Part shown: in pieces, positions 9,289 to 18,666 of the stretch | Numbering within the stretch: the stretch's first letter is position 1 | How the letters are laid out: each line of letters begins with the position of its first letter | Assembly: GCA_963697525.1 (NCBI GenBank) | Contig: OY969087.1 | Coordinates: forward strand, 735,236 to 799,235 | DNA: 64,000 bases | Source: an uncultured delta proteobacterium | Lineage (GTDB): Bacteria; Myxococcota_A; Bradymonadia; Bradymonadales; Bradymonadaceae | Direction of reading: 5' to 3' | Made by a program: the position numbers and the translations under genes | The notes under the pieces: generated by a model | What the model was told of the DNA's origin: nothing | Database searches by the model: none | The model's input: only the letters and a program-made list of their open reading frames with translations

Positions 9289-10845
9289 TCAGAGCTTCAA
9301 TCGAGTGCGAAGCTCGTCCTCCAACGGGTTGTAATAATCCGGCGCCCGCTCGTACACGCCGTCGAGGCCCTTGCCGCCGTCCTTGGGCCGAAAAACGTCG
9401 GCAAAGGTGCCGGCGGCGAGCGTCTCGAACAGCCCCTCGTCGCGCACGTTCTCCAACAGCTCGGTCGCCTCGGCGAGCACGGTCTGGGCGCGGGTCTGGA
9501 TGATGCCGCCCTCCTTGTACTGGACCTCGTCACCCAGGGCGCGGGCGTTGTTCATGACGTACTGGGCGTTTTCCAACGCCAGGTAGCGATCGCCCATATG
9601 CGGGGTGTGCATCGCCTCGGTCATCATGCCCAGAAGCTGGATGCCCTGTTTGGACCAGGCGCCGATGAGGTTGAACAACGCGTCCTGGATGTGACCGCGA
9701 AAGACGTTGCCGGTCATATACTTGGTGGGTGGCATATACTTGAGCGGCGCGTCCGGGAAGATCTCGCGGGCCATCTCGGCCTGGGCGAGCTCGAGCAAAA
9801 AGCCGTTTTCGATGGCCGGGTTCATCTCGAAGGCGTGGCCCAGCCCCATCTGCTCGGCGGGCAGGCCGCTGCGCAGGGCGAATTGCTCGTTGATGAACTG
9901 GCTGGCCAGGACCGTATGGGCGGCGTCGACGGCGTCGGCGGTGGTCAGATAGTTGTCCTCGCCGGTGTTGATGACCACCCCGGCGTAGGCGTTGATCATA
10001 CGGCTGAAGTATTGGTCGACGAAGGTGCGCTGGGGGTTGATGTCGCGAAACAAGATCCCGTACAGCGCGTCGTTGAGCATGACGTCGAGGCGCTCGAGGG
10101 CGCCCATGGCGGCGATCTCGGGCATGCACAGCCCGCTGCAGTAGTTGCACAGCCGGATGTAGCGGCCCAACTCCTCGCCGACCTCGTCGAGGCCCTCGCG
10201 CATGATCCGGAAATTCGCCTGGGTGGCGTAGGTGCCGCCGAAGCCCTCGGTGGTGGGCCCGTAGGGCACGTAATCGAGCAGGCTCTGGCCGGTCGAGCGG
10301 ATCACCGCGATGATGTCGGCGCCCTGGCGCGCGGCGGTGCGCGCCTGGACGACGTCCTCGTAGATATTACCGGTGGCGACGATGACGTAGTGCAGCGGCT
10401 GGGGGCGCTCTTCGGAGCGCTGCAGGCGCCGGTCACGCTCGGCGACGGTGGCTGCGATGTGATCGGCGGCATCCGCGGCCAGCTCCTGGCCGACCTCGCG
10501 CACCCGGGCCTCGTCGAATTGGGGCAACTCGGCCAGGCGCAGATCCCCCGAGGCCACAGCCTCGGCGATGGTCTGTGGCTCCCGGTTGGTCTGCAACATC
10601 GCCCGCGCCACCAGGCGCGTGACCCCCTCTCCGACCAGCCCGGCCTCGGCGGCCGCGTCCACCACCACGTTGGCCAGCGGGATATCGTCGGCGTCCACCC
10701 CGTCGATCCCCATCAAGCGCAGCACCGTGCGCTCGACCGCCACGGTCGTGCGCGCCCGGATGAACGCGTCCATCTCATCGGCGATCTGCGCGGCCGCCTG
10801 GCGCCCCCGCGCGATCATCTCGGCATCGAGACCCAGCTTCGACAT
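9289..10845 (-). CDS. kamD: Lysine 5,6-aminomutase alpha subunit (KamD family)
   Basis: 518 aa with long conserved blocks recalled from clostridial KamD: YVIVATGNIYED, IRSTGQSLLDYVPYG, TEGFGGTYATQ, IRLCNYCSGLCMPEIAAMGA, INTGEDNYLTTADA, LGHAFEM, APLKYMPPTK. Confidence 0.8.
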   Translation of the reverse strand: MSKLGLDAEMIARGRQAAAQIADEMDAFIRARTTVAVERTVLRLMGIDGVDADDIPLANVVVDAAAEAGLVGEGVTRLVARAMLQTNREPQTIAEAVASGDLRLAELPQFDEARVREVGQELAADAADHIAATVAERDRRLQRSEERPQPLHYVIVATGNIYEDVVQARTAARQGADIIAVIRSTGQSLLDYVPYGPTTEGFGGTYATQANFRIMREGLDEVGEELGRYIRLCNYCSGLCMPEIAAMGALERLDVMLNDALYGILFRDINPQRTFVDQYFSRMINAYAGVVINTGEDNYLTTADAVDAAHTVLASQFINEQFALRSGLPAEQMGLGHAFEMNPAIENGFLLELAQAEMAREIFPDAPLKYMPPTKYMTGNVFRGHIQDALFNLIGAWSKQGIQLLGMMTEAMHTPHMGDRYLALENAQYVMNNARALGDEVQYKEGGIIQTRAQTVLAEATELLENVRDEGLFETLAAGTFADVFRPKDGGKGLDGVYERAPDYYNPLEDELRTRLKL

Positions 10846-10939
10846 CAGTCCTACTCCTGCACCAATCCCACATGATCGTCACCGTGCTCTCTGTGACATT
10901 GAAGCGCATCGGTTGGCAAGTCGGAAGGTTCGTCCCATA

Positions 10940-12370
10940 CCGCGACCAAACGGGTGTCAGACACCGCCCCAAATGGAGTGTCAGACACCGTAAGGGGCAG
11001 CTAGCATGCGGGTTTTCGAACAATGCCGGTCGTGCGAAACATCCGCGGGAGAAGAATTTGATCGGATTTGGAAACAGAACGCACGCCAAAAACGGAGGTG
11101 GCGGCCGACTAAGGTATGTACACCTGTGCGTTGGGTGATTCGGCGAAGGGACAGGCGCTGGAAAGGCACACCAGTGCGCTCAAACGCTGCCCGGACGGGA
11201 GTGTTCGGAGTTTCTTGGCGTGTTGTGTTACGGCCCGGCGGGTATCGCGCTTAGGCGAGGTCTTCCTCGCGCGGCTCGGGCGCGCCGACGCACTCGCGGT
11301 GGCCCGGCGGGATGGTGCCGTTGGGAAATTCGAGGTCGGTCTTGCCGTCCCTCCACTTGTCGGCGGCCTGTTTGTAGAGGTCGCGGACCTCCCAATACGT
11401 CGTTGTGTACTCCTCGCGAAGCTTCGGGTCGGTCGTGTGGCACAGCGGACACGGAGAGCTTTCGGAGTCTTTCGGGCGGTCGTACCAGTTCTGCTCGAGG
11501 ATTTTATCGACGCCCACGCACCCGCTTTTGCGGTGCTCGGCCAGGTGCTCGGCGTGGTCGCGAAGCTCCTCTAAGACCTTTTGGTTGTACGCCTCGTCGC
11601 TCAAATCCTTCCACATGGGCAGCTTGGCCATCTCGAGCTCGTAGTCGACCATGGCGCGGCGCTCGGCCTCGGCGTGGTCGATGTCTTTTCGGCGAAGCCG
11701 CCAGTACTCTTTTTTGTTGACGCGCTGTCCCACAAGCGGCGTTGCCGACTCGTGGAGGTCCCAGGAGGACAGCCCCGGCCAGAACTTGGGATGGGCGACC
11801 AGGTTGGACTCGCAGGGGTTACACACCGTGTAGCGAAGTTTGTTCAACAGCTCGTCGTCGTCGAGGATCGGCGAGCACTTGTAGCGGCTCTCGAAGAACG
11901 AGCCCGAGCGGCCCCAGTGGGCGTTTAGTTGCTTGGCGAGCTCGGTGTCGAGGAGCTGCATGAACTTCTGAATCTGACAGGAGTGCGAGCCGACCATCAG
12001 GTGGAAGTGGTTGGACATGAACACAAACGCGTAGATATCGACGTCGAACTTGTCGGCGGCGTAGGCGAGCACGTTGGCGATGATGGTGTTGACGTCCTTG
12101 CCGGGGCGAAAGAAGTAGCGCTGCTGCAGGCAGCGGATGGTGATGAAATAAATGATACCGGGTTCGAAATGACGCAGTCGATTTCCCATTGGGGTGGCTC
12201 CATAGGTTCGAGGTGATCGTTAATCCTCTCATTATGGTTTTCGGCAAAAAGGGGCGAATCGTTGCGTGATCGGGCAAAGTTTTTTTGCGAAGGGGGCCAT
12301 TGGCGGAGGAGTGCGATCGCGCGCTGAGGCGCATAGATGCTGGGTTGTGACGGTGTCTGACACCGTTTTT
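10940..12370. mobile_element. IS200/IS605- or RAYT-like element: HUH transposase gene flanked by GGTGTC(A/T)GACACC palindromes
   Basis: The palindrome sits at 10946–10959 and 10979–10992 (downstream) and 12350–12363 (upstream), each next to a C4/G4–A/T tract. It brackets the Y1-transposase-like CDS. Confidence 0.5.
11251..12189 (-). CDS. HUH Y1-transposase-like protein (IS200/IS605 TnpA / REP-associated tyrosine transposase-like) with a C-terminal extension
   Basis: HuH motif SNHFHLMV preceded by the IYFITIRC beta-strand, and the downstream catalytic-Tyr region FFESRYKC. C-terminal 150 aa carries a CPLCH Zn-finger-like motif. Confidence 0.55.
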   Translation of the reverse strand: MGNRLRHFEPGIIYFITIRCLQQRYFFRPGKDVNTIIANVLAYAADKFDVDIYAFVFMSNHFHLMVGSHSCQIQKFMQLLDTELAKQLNAHWGRSGSFFESRYKCSPILDDDELLNKLRYTVCNPCESNLVAHPKFWPGLSSWDLHESATPLVGQRVNKKEYWRLRRKDIDHAEAERRAMVDYELEMAKLPMWKDLSDEAYNQKVLEELRDHAEHLAEHRKSGCVGVDKILEQNWYDRPKDSESSPCPLCHTTDPKLREEYTTTYWEVRDLYKQAADKWRDGKTDLEFPNGTIPPGHRECVGAPEPREEDLA

Positions 12371-12618
12371 TGGGGCGGCGGGGTGGGGGGTGTTGTCTGC
12401 GGGATGCTGTTTGGTGATGGAGTCTGATTCCGCGGTGGATGCGGACACCGCAGTAGATACGTTTTTTTCAATATGGTAGGTTGGCAAGCACATACAACCT
12501 CTTTTGGGGCGGAACCGGCTGTCATACACCCGGTGGTGCGTCCGCGGTAGAGGTCAACTTGGTCCGACTCACTCACACTCATGGCGCTGAGCCGCTCGAA
12601 GCGACCTCGGAAGGAGAC

Positions 12619-13194
12619 ACGATGAACATGCCCCACCCATCAAACCACAATCCATACGCCGCCCCGGAGTCGATCGTCGACGAGGACCGCTCGTTCCAAC
12701 CGGATCCGTGGGCGACGCGCCCGTTGGCCACCCGGATGAGCCGGCTGGGCGCGGCGTTCGTCGACGGCCTCGCGCTCCTCGCGGCGATGCTGCCGTTTAT
12801 CGTGGTCGCCGGCATCGGCGGGGCGGCCAGAGCGCCCAAGCAGGCCCTGGCGGGCGTGGGTGGGCTGGCGCTGGTGGTATGCCTGTTGGCCCTGGGCGGC
12901 TACAATCTGTACCGGCTGCACACCCACGGTCAGACCATCGGCAAGCAGTTGCTGGGCATCCAGATCGTGCGAAGCGACCTGCAAACCCAGGCGTCGCTGG
13001 GGCGCATCATCGGGCTGCGCGTCGTGCCGCTGTGGCTGGTGGGCATGATCCCGTTTCTGGGACCGCTGCTCCAGTTGGCCGACCCGCTGTTCATCTTCAG
13101 CGACTCCCAGCAGTGCCTCCACGACCTGATCGCCGACACCAACGTGGTTGCCGGCAGCGAGCCGCTTTCGGCCTCGAGCAACGCCGGCTGGTAA
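12619..13194 (+). CDS. RDD-family membrane protein
   Basis: RDD-type topology: TM helices, a conserved R..D.D region, and LHDLIADT near the C-terminus. First gene of the overlapped operon. Confidence 0.65.
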   Translation, partial: TMNMPHPSNHNPYAAPESIVDEDRSFQPDPWATRPLATRMSRLGAAFVDGLALLAAMLPFIVVAGIGGAARAPKQALAGVGGLALVVCLLALGGYNLYRLHTHGQTIGKQLLGIQIVRSDLQTQASLGRIIGLRVVPLWLVGMIPFLGPLLQLADPLFIFSDSQQCLHDLIADTNVVAGSEPLSASSNAGW

Positions 13195-13889
13195 TGACGC
13201 GACTGGACACCATCCATACCATCGAGACGCCCGAGGGCGTCGAGTTCGAGGTGCACCTGGCCGGCCCGCTGCCGCGTATCCTGGCGGCGGGGGTCGACCT
13301 GTGCATTCGGGTGGTGGTCTACGCCATCATGGCGATCCCGCTGGCGATCCTGGGCAAGATCGGCATGGGTCTGCTCTTCCTGGCGATGTTCGTTGTCGAA
13401 TGGGGCTATCCGATCTACTTCGAGATGTACAAAAACGGCACCACCCCCGGCAAAAAGATGTTCGGCTTGCAGGCGCTCAACGCCGACGGCACCCCCATTA
13501 GTTGGAAGGGCTCGATCTTGCGCAACCTGTTGCGCACCGCCGATTTTTTGCCGGTGGGCTACACCCTGGGCATCGTCGCCATGGCCGTCACCGGGCGCTT
13601 CCAGCGCCTGGGGGACCTCGCCGGGGGCACGGTGGTGTGCTACCGGCGCACCGACGACGCCCGCCTGGGCGGCGATCTGCCCGACGTCCAACCGGTGGCC
13701 ACCAGCGAGCCGCTGTCCATCGAGGAGCAGCGCGCCATCGTGCAGTACGCCGAGCGCAGCGCCCAGTGGAACTACACCCGCAAGGCCGAGCTCGCCCGCC
13801 TGCTCGACGACCTCACCCACACCCAAAGCGGCACCGCCGCCATCAGCTTCCTGCAGGGGCTGGCCAACTGGATCATGAGGGGGCGATGA
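13194..13889 (+). CDS. RDD-family membrane protein (second copy)
   Basis: The ATG overlaps the previous stop (TAATG). TM-rich, with GTTPGKKMFGL ... RLGDLAGGT typical of RDD proteins. Confidence 0.65.
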   Translation: MTRLDTIHTIETPEGVEFEVHLAGPLPRILAAGVDLCIRVVVYAIMAIPLAILGKIGMGLLFLAMFVVEWGYPIYFEMYKNGTTPGKKMFGLQALNADGTPISWKGSILRNLLRTADFLPVGYTLGIVAMAVTGRFQRLGDLAGGTVVCYRRTDDARLGGDLPDVQPVATSEPLSIEEQRAIVQYAERSAQWNYTRKAELARLLDDLTHTQSGTAAISFLQGLANWIMRGR

Positions 13890-14851
13890 GCCAGGCAAGC
13901 TTCGTCAAAAAGAACGCGCCCCTGTGGCACGAGTTCGAGCACATGCTCGACGACCTCGACAAGGACTACCCCAGCTTTCCGGTCGACGACTTTCCGCGCC
14001 TGTACCGCACGCTGTGCCAGCACCTGTCCATCGCGCGCCACCGCGGCTACAGCGCCGCGCTGCTCGCCCGGCTCAACCCCCTGGTCGAGCGCGGCCACGC
14101 CGCCCTGTACGGCTCGCGCACCGGCCGCTGGCAGCCGATGTTGCGCTACATCCGCGCCGGCTTCGCCCGCGACGTGCGCGCCAACTGGCGCTACCTGCTC
14201 ATCTCGCTGTTCCTCTTTCTGGCCCCGGCCGTCGGGCTGTTCGTCTGGCTGCATTACGAGCCGCAGTGGGCCTACCACGTGCTCGGCGACCGCATGGTCA
14301 CCCAGATGGAGAAGATGTACTCCTCGGCCGACGCCATGAAGAAGGCGCGCCAGGCCGACTCCAACTTCATGATGTTCGGCTACTACATCTACCACAATAT
14401 CGGCATCGCCCTGCGCACCTTCGGCTCCGGGGCGGTCGCCGGCGTCGGGGCGATGGTCGCGGTGTTCTACAACGGCCTGATCTTGGGCGCCGTCGCCGGC
14501 CACCTGAGCAACGTCGGCGAGGCCCATAACCTGTGGCCCTACGTCATCGGCCACAGCGCCTTCGAGCTCACCGCCATCGTCCTGGCCGGCATGACCGGGC
14601 TCAAGCTCGGGTTCTCGCCCATCTGGCCGGGCCGAAAGAGCCGCCTGCAATCCCTGCAGGACACCGCCCGCGACAGCCTCGGGCTGGTCGCCGGCTTTTT
14701 CACCATGCTGGTGATCGCCGCGTTCATCGAGGGCTTCTGGTCAGCCACCGCCACCGAGCCCACCGTCAAATACGTCGTCGGCGCGGGGCTGTGGACCGTG
14801 GTCATCGGCTACTTCCTCTTGGCCGGCCGGGGGGGCGATGGATCTCGATAA
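13886..14851 (+). CDS. SpoIIM-like (DUF95) membrane protein
   Basis: ATGA start overlap. Multi-pass membrane protein with the stage-II-sporulation-M-like pattern (YYIYHNIG ... FYNGLILGAV ... GHSAFELTAI). Confidence 0.65.
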   Translation: MSQASFVKKNAPLWHEFEHMLDDLDKDYPSFPVDDFPRLYRTLCQHLSIARHRGYSAALLARLNPLVERGHAALYGSRTGRWQPMLRYIRAGFARDVRANWRYLLISLFLFLAPAVGLFVWLHYEPQWAYHVLGDRMVTQMEKMYSSADAMKKARQADSNFMMFGYYIYHNIGIALRTFGSGAVAGVGAMVAVFYNGLILGAVAGHLSNVGEAHNLWPYVIGHSAFELTAIVLAGMTGLKLGFSPIWPGRKSRLQSLQDTARDSLGLVAGFFTMLVIAAFIEGFWSATATEPTVKYVVGAGLWTVVIGYFLLAGRGGDGSR

Positions 14852-16451
14852 GATCGCCGCGCGCCTTCGCCCGCGCACCCCCTACGAGGCCACCGATCTG
14901 GGCTTTGTACTGGCGCGTCACTTCTGGAAGCCGCTGCTTCTGGGGTGGTTGGCCTGCGTATTGCCCATCGTGGTGGGCGCGGCGGTAATAGCCGCCCTCA
15001 CCCCGCTGTTCTGGCTGCCGCTGTTGGTCATCTGGTGGCTCAAACCGATGTACGACCGCGTACCGCTGTTCGTCCTGAGCCGGGCGTTCTTCGGCGAAGT
15101 CCCCACCACCCGCCAGACCGTCGGCTACGTCATGGGCACCTGGCGAAGCGGGCGGGTCCTCGCCGACATCACCTGGCGGCGCTTCAACCCCTACCGCGGC
15201 CCGGCGATGCCGGTGCGCGAGCTCGAGCGCCTGGGCGGCGCCGAGGCCTCCGAGCGTCTCAAGACGCTGCTTCGCCGCGGCCTGCAGGTCCCCTCGGGCT
15301 GGCTCGTCCTGGTGTGCATGGCCGTCGAGTGGCTCCTGGTGGGCGCAGCCATCGCCTTGATGTTCATGGTCACCCCGGACGCCCTGGGCCTCGACCTGGG
15401 CAGCAAGTTCCACCACTTGTTCACCAGCGGCAATATGCCGGGCTTCGAGCTGGTCATGCTCGGCGTGTACGTCCTCGCCATGAGCGCCGTCGAGCTCGCC
15501 TACGTGGCCGCGAGCTTCGGGCTGTACATCAACCGCCGGGTCCTCCTGGAGGGTTGGGACATCGAGATCGTCTTCAAGCGCCTGGCCAGCCGGCTGCGCG
15601 AGCGAGCGTCGGCTGCCCTTCGCGGCGCCGCCATCGTCGCGCTGGTCGGCCTGACGACCCTGGCCGCCACCACGCGTCCCGCCGCCGCCCAGCAACCCGC
15701 GGCCCAGACCGCCGGACAGTCCGCCTCGCCGGTCGCCAGCGCCAGCCCCGCCCCCGGCCCCAAGACGCGCAAGGTCGAGCCCTCCAAGCCCGCCCTCGAC
15801 CCGCAACAGGATATCGCCCACATCCTGAAGGCCCCGGAGTTCGGCCACACCAAAAAGGTCGAGCACTGGACGCTTCGCGAAGACCTCTTCGGCAAAAAGA
15901 AGAAGAAAAAGGCCGACATGAGCTGGCTGGAGAACGTCATCGCCAGCGTCGCCCCCGTCCTGCAGTACATCATGTGGGCGATCGCCGCGCTGCTGCTCAT
16001 CGCCGTGCTCTACTACATCATCCGAAAGGTGCGCATACCCGAAGGCGGCGCCGAAAGCGAGGTCGAGGTCGCCGCCCGCACCGACTACGACACCCCCGAG
16101 GAGACACCCCGGGTGACGCTTCCGGCCGACATCGTCGACGCCGCCATCGCCGCCTGGCGCCAGGGCGATCGGCCCCAGAGCCTGAGCCTGTTGTACCGGG
16201 GCACCATCCGCGGGCTGGCCAGCGGCTACCGCATCGAGATCGACGACAGCATGACCGCCCGTGAATGCGCCGGCAAGGTCCGCGAGGCCGGCGGCCCCGC
16301 CGACTACGTCGCCGAACTCGCCCGCGCGTGGACGGCCACGGTCTACGCCGATCGTCCCGTCAGCGACGAGCGCGCCCAACAGCTCTTCGGCGACTGGAAG
16401 CGCCACTTTCGCCCCGACACCGGCCCGTCCGCCCCGGGAGGTGTGCGGTGA
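14838..16451 (+). CDS. Membrane protein with a C-terminal DUF4129 domain
   Basis: N-terminal TM segments and a P/A/Q-rich linker. The C-terminus AAIAAWRQGDRPQSLSLLYRGTIRGLA ... MTARECAGKV is the DUF4129 signature. Confidence 0.6.
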   Translation: MDLDKIAARLRPRTPYEATDLGFVLARHFWKPLLLGWLACVLPIVVGAAVIAALTPLFWLPLLVIWWLKPMYDRVPLFVLSRAFFGEVPTTRQTVGYVMGTWRSGRVLADITWRRFNPYRGPAMPVRELERLGGAEASERLKTLLRRGLQVPSGWLVLVCMAVEWLLVGAAIALMFMVTPDALGLDLGSKFHHLFTSGNMPGFELVMLGVYVLAMSAVELAYVAASFGLYINRRVLLEGWDIEIVFKRLASRLRERASAALRGAAIVALVGLTTLAATTRPAAAQQPAAQTAGQSASPVASASPAPGPKTRKVEPSKPALDPQQDIAHILKAPEFGHTKKVEHWTLREDLFGKKKKKKADMSWLENVIASVAPVLQYIMWAIAALLLIAVLYYIIRKVRIPEGGAESEVEVAARTDYDTPEETPRVTLPADIVDAAIAAWRQGDRPQSLSLLYRGTIRGLASGYRIEIDDSMTARECAGKVREAGGPADYVAELARAWTATVYADRPVSDERAQQLFGDWKRHFRPDTGPSAPGGVR

Positions 16452-17674
16452 GCAGGCGCCAAAAGATCGCGCTCGCGCTCGCCGCGTTCGGCCTCGTCAT
16501 CGCCGGCGTCGTGGGCCTGTTCTTCATCTGCTTCCACAAGGTCACCTCGGAGGTGCGCGAGCCGCCCTCCGGCGAGGCCCGCAAGAACCCGTATTTGGCC
16601 AGCGAACGACTGCTCGAAGACCTGGGCTACACCGTCGACACGGTCGCACGGGCCAAGCGGCCCCCCTACGAGCGCCAGATTGTCATCCTGGCCGACCCCA
16701 ACCGGGACTTCTCCCCCGAGCAGGTCGACCAATGGGCGCGCTGGGTACGCGTGGGCGGCCACCTGATCGTACCCGCCCCGCTCGACCCCGACGCCGACGA
16801 AAAGCAGGCCGCCCTGCTGGGCCGGCTGGGCTTTACGCACCGCCAGGCATCCCAAAGCTCCGACACGAAGACCTCCGCGCCTCCGCAGACCTCCGCGCCT
16901 CCGCAGGCCTCCGCGCCTCCGCAGGCCTCCGCGCCTCCGCGCCCCCAGGCGCCACGCCCCAAGCCCCGCGCCACCGGCGCCACGCCCGCGCACACCTACG
17001 CCATCGACCCCGCCCCCGACGACACCCTGGCGTGGACCGCCTCTGACGCCGACTGGGTCGCCCGCGACCAGAACGACCACGTCTTCGCCCTCAGCCGCCC
17101 CGTGCACAGCGGCCGCGTCTCGGTGCTGCACAACACCTACGTGCTGCAAAACGACGCCATCGGCGACGGCACCCACGCCACGCTCTTGCGTGATCTGGTC
17201 GCGCTGACGCCCGGCGACGCCCCGTCGGTGCAGATCGTCAAGTTCAACCAGCGCCAGTCATGGACGGCCTACGTGCTTCGGTTTACCTGGCCGTTTTTCG
17301 TGGTGCTCCTGGTCGTGTTGGTGTTGGCCATTCAGGCCGGACGCAAGCGCTTCGGCCCGCTGCTCGCCCCACCGAGCACTCGGCGCCGCAGCCGCCTGGA
17401 GCATATCGAGGCGACGGGGCGCTTTTTGTGGAAGCACGACGCCACCGCCACCTTGCTCGAGTCCGTCCAGCAGGCGCTCGTCGGCGAGCTCGAGCGGCGC
17501 CACCCCGGCCTGGAGCAGGCGGTGGGAAGCGAGCGCGAACAGATCATCGCCCAGGAGTTGGGCACCTCCACCGAGGAGGTCCACCGGCTGTTTCGTCCAG
17601 CCTCGGGCAACCGCAACGTCGACCAGTTCATCGTCCAAATTCGCACCCTGGAACGCTACAGGAGAGACCTGTGA
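16448..17674 (+). CDS. DUF4350-domain protein
   Basis: GTG start overlapping the preceding stop. One N-terminal TM, then IVILADPNRDFSPEQVDQWARWVRVGGHLIV (DUF4350-like). It contains an in-frame (APPQxS)n repeat. Confidence 0.6.
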   Translation: MSRRQKIALALAAFGLVIAGVVGLFFICFHKVTSEVREPPSGEARKNPYLASERLLEDLGYTVDTVARAKRPPYERQIVILADPNRDFSPEQVDQWARWVRVGGHLIVPAPLDPDADEKQAALLGRLGFTHRQASQSSDTKTSAPPQTSAPPQASAPPQASAPPRPQAPRPKPRATGATPAHTYAIDPAPDDTLAWTASDADWVARDQNDHVFALSRPVHSGRVSVLHNTYVLQNDAIGDGTHATLLRDLVALTPGDAPSVQIVKFNQRQSWTAYVLRFTWPFFVVLLVVLVLAIQAGRKRFGPLLAPPSTRRRSRLEHIEATGRFLWKHDATATLLESVQQALVGELERRHPGLEQAVGSEREQIIAQELGTSTEEVHRLFRPASGNRNVDQFIVQIRTLERYRRDL

Positions 17675-18666
17675 CCACATCGCCTCCCCCCACGACGGCC
17701 CCGCCGATCGACATGGGCCAGATCACCCAGATTTTGCAGCGGCTGCGCGCCGAGATCCGCAAGGCCGTCGTCGGCCAGGACGAGGTGCTCGACCAGGTAT
17801 TATGCGCCTTTTTGGCCAGCGGCCACGTCCTCGTCGAGGGGGTGCCCGGGCTGGGCAAGACCCTGATGGTGCTGTCTCTGGCGCGCACCTTCGGCGGCAC
17901 GTTCAGCCGCGTGCAATTCACCCCCGATTTGATGCCCTCGGACGTCACCGGCCACGCCATCTTCCACGCCACCAGCGGTGATTTTCGGGTGCGCAAGGGC
18001 CCGGTCTTCGCCAACCTGCTGTTGGCCGACGAGATCAACCGCGCCCCCGCCAAGACCCAGGCGGCGCTGCTCGAGGTCATGCAGGAGCGCCAGGTCAGCA
18101 TCGAGGGACAGTCCTACCAGCTCGAGCCACCGTTTATGACGCTGGCCACCCAGAACCCCATCGAGCAGGACGGCACCTACCCGCTGCCGGAGGCCCAGCT
18201 CGACCGGTTTTTGTTCAAGATCGAGATCGACTACCCCGCCGAGCACCACGAATTCGACATCGTCGAGGAGGTCACCCGCGGGCGGGTGGGCGACTCGTTC
18301 AAGCTCGACCAGATCGAGCAGGTCATGACCCTCGAGCAGGCCCGCAAGCTCCAACAGATCTGCGCCCAGGTGCGCGTCGACCGGCGCATCATCGAGTACG
18401 GGGTGCGCCTGGTGCGCGCCACTCGCCAGTGGCCGGGCATGCGCGCCGGCGCCGGGCCGCGCGGGGCGATCTCGCTGATCCGCGCCGCCCGCGCCTTTGC
18501 CCTGCTCGACGGGCGCGACCACGTCATCCCCGACGACCTCAAGGAGATGGCCCTGCCCAGCCTGCGCCACCGCGTGCTGCTGAGCCCGGAGGTCGAGATC
18601 GACGGCATCCCCGCCGACGACCTGCTGCGCGACATCCTGCGCAAGGTGGAGGTACCGCGCACGTGA
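17671..18666 (+). CDS. MoxR-family AAA+ ATPase
   Basis: Walker A GVPGLGKT, Walker B LLADEINRA, sensor region; about 331 aa. Start overlaps the upstream stop. Confidence 0.9.
   Translation: MTTSPPPTTAPPIDMGQITQILQRLRAEIRKAVVGQDEVLDQVLCAFLASGHVLVEGVPGLGKTLMVLSLARTFGGTFSRVQFTPDLMPSDVTGHAIFHATSGDFRVRKGPVFANLLLADEINRAPAKTQAALLEVMQERQVSIEGQSYQLEPPFMTLATQNPIEQDGTYPLPEAQLDRFLFKIEIDYPAEHHEFDIVEEVTRGRVGDSFKLDQIEQVMTLEQARKLQQICAQVRVDRRIIEYGVRLVRATRQWPGMRAGAGPRGAISLIRAARAFALLDGRDHVIPDDLKEMALPSLRHRVLLSPEVEIDGIPADDLLRDILRKVEVPRT

Noticed and set aside
10872-11250. Search for a kamE (B12-binding) gene or any CDS in the 400-bp gap upstream of kamD
   Set aside because: Only short ORFs without a DxHxxG B12 motif are present. 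The region is better explained as the palindromic end of the IS200-like element.
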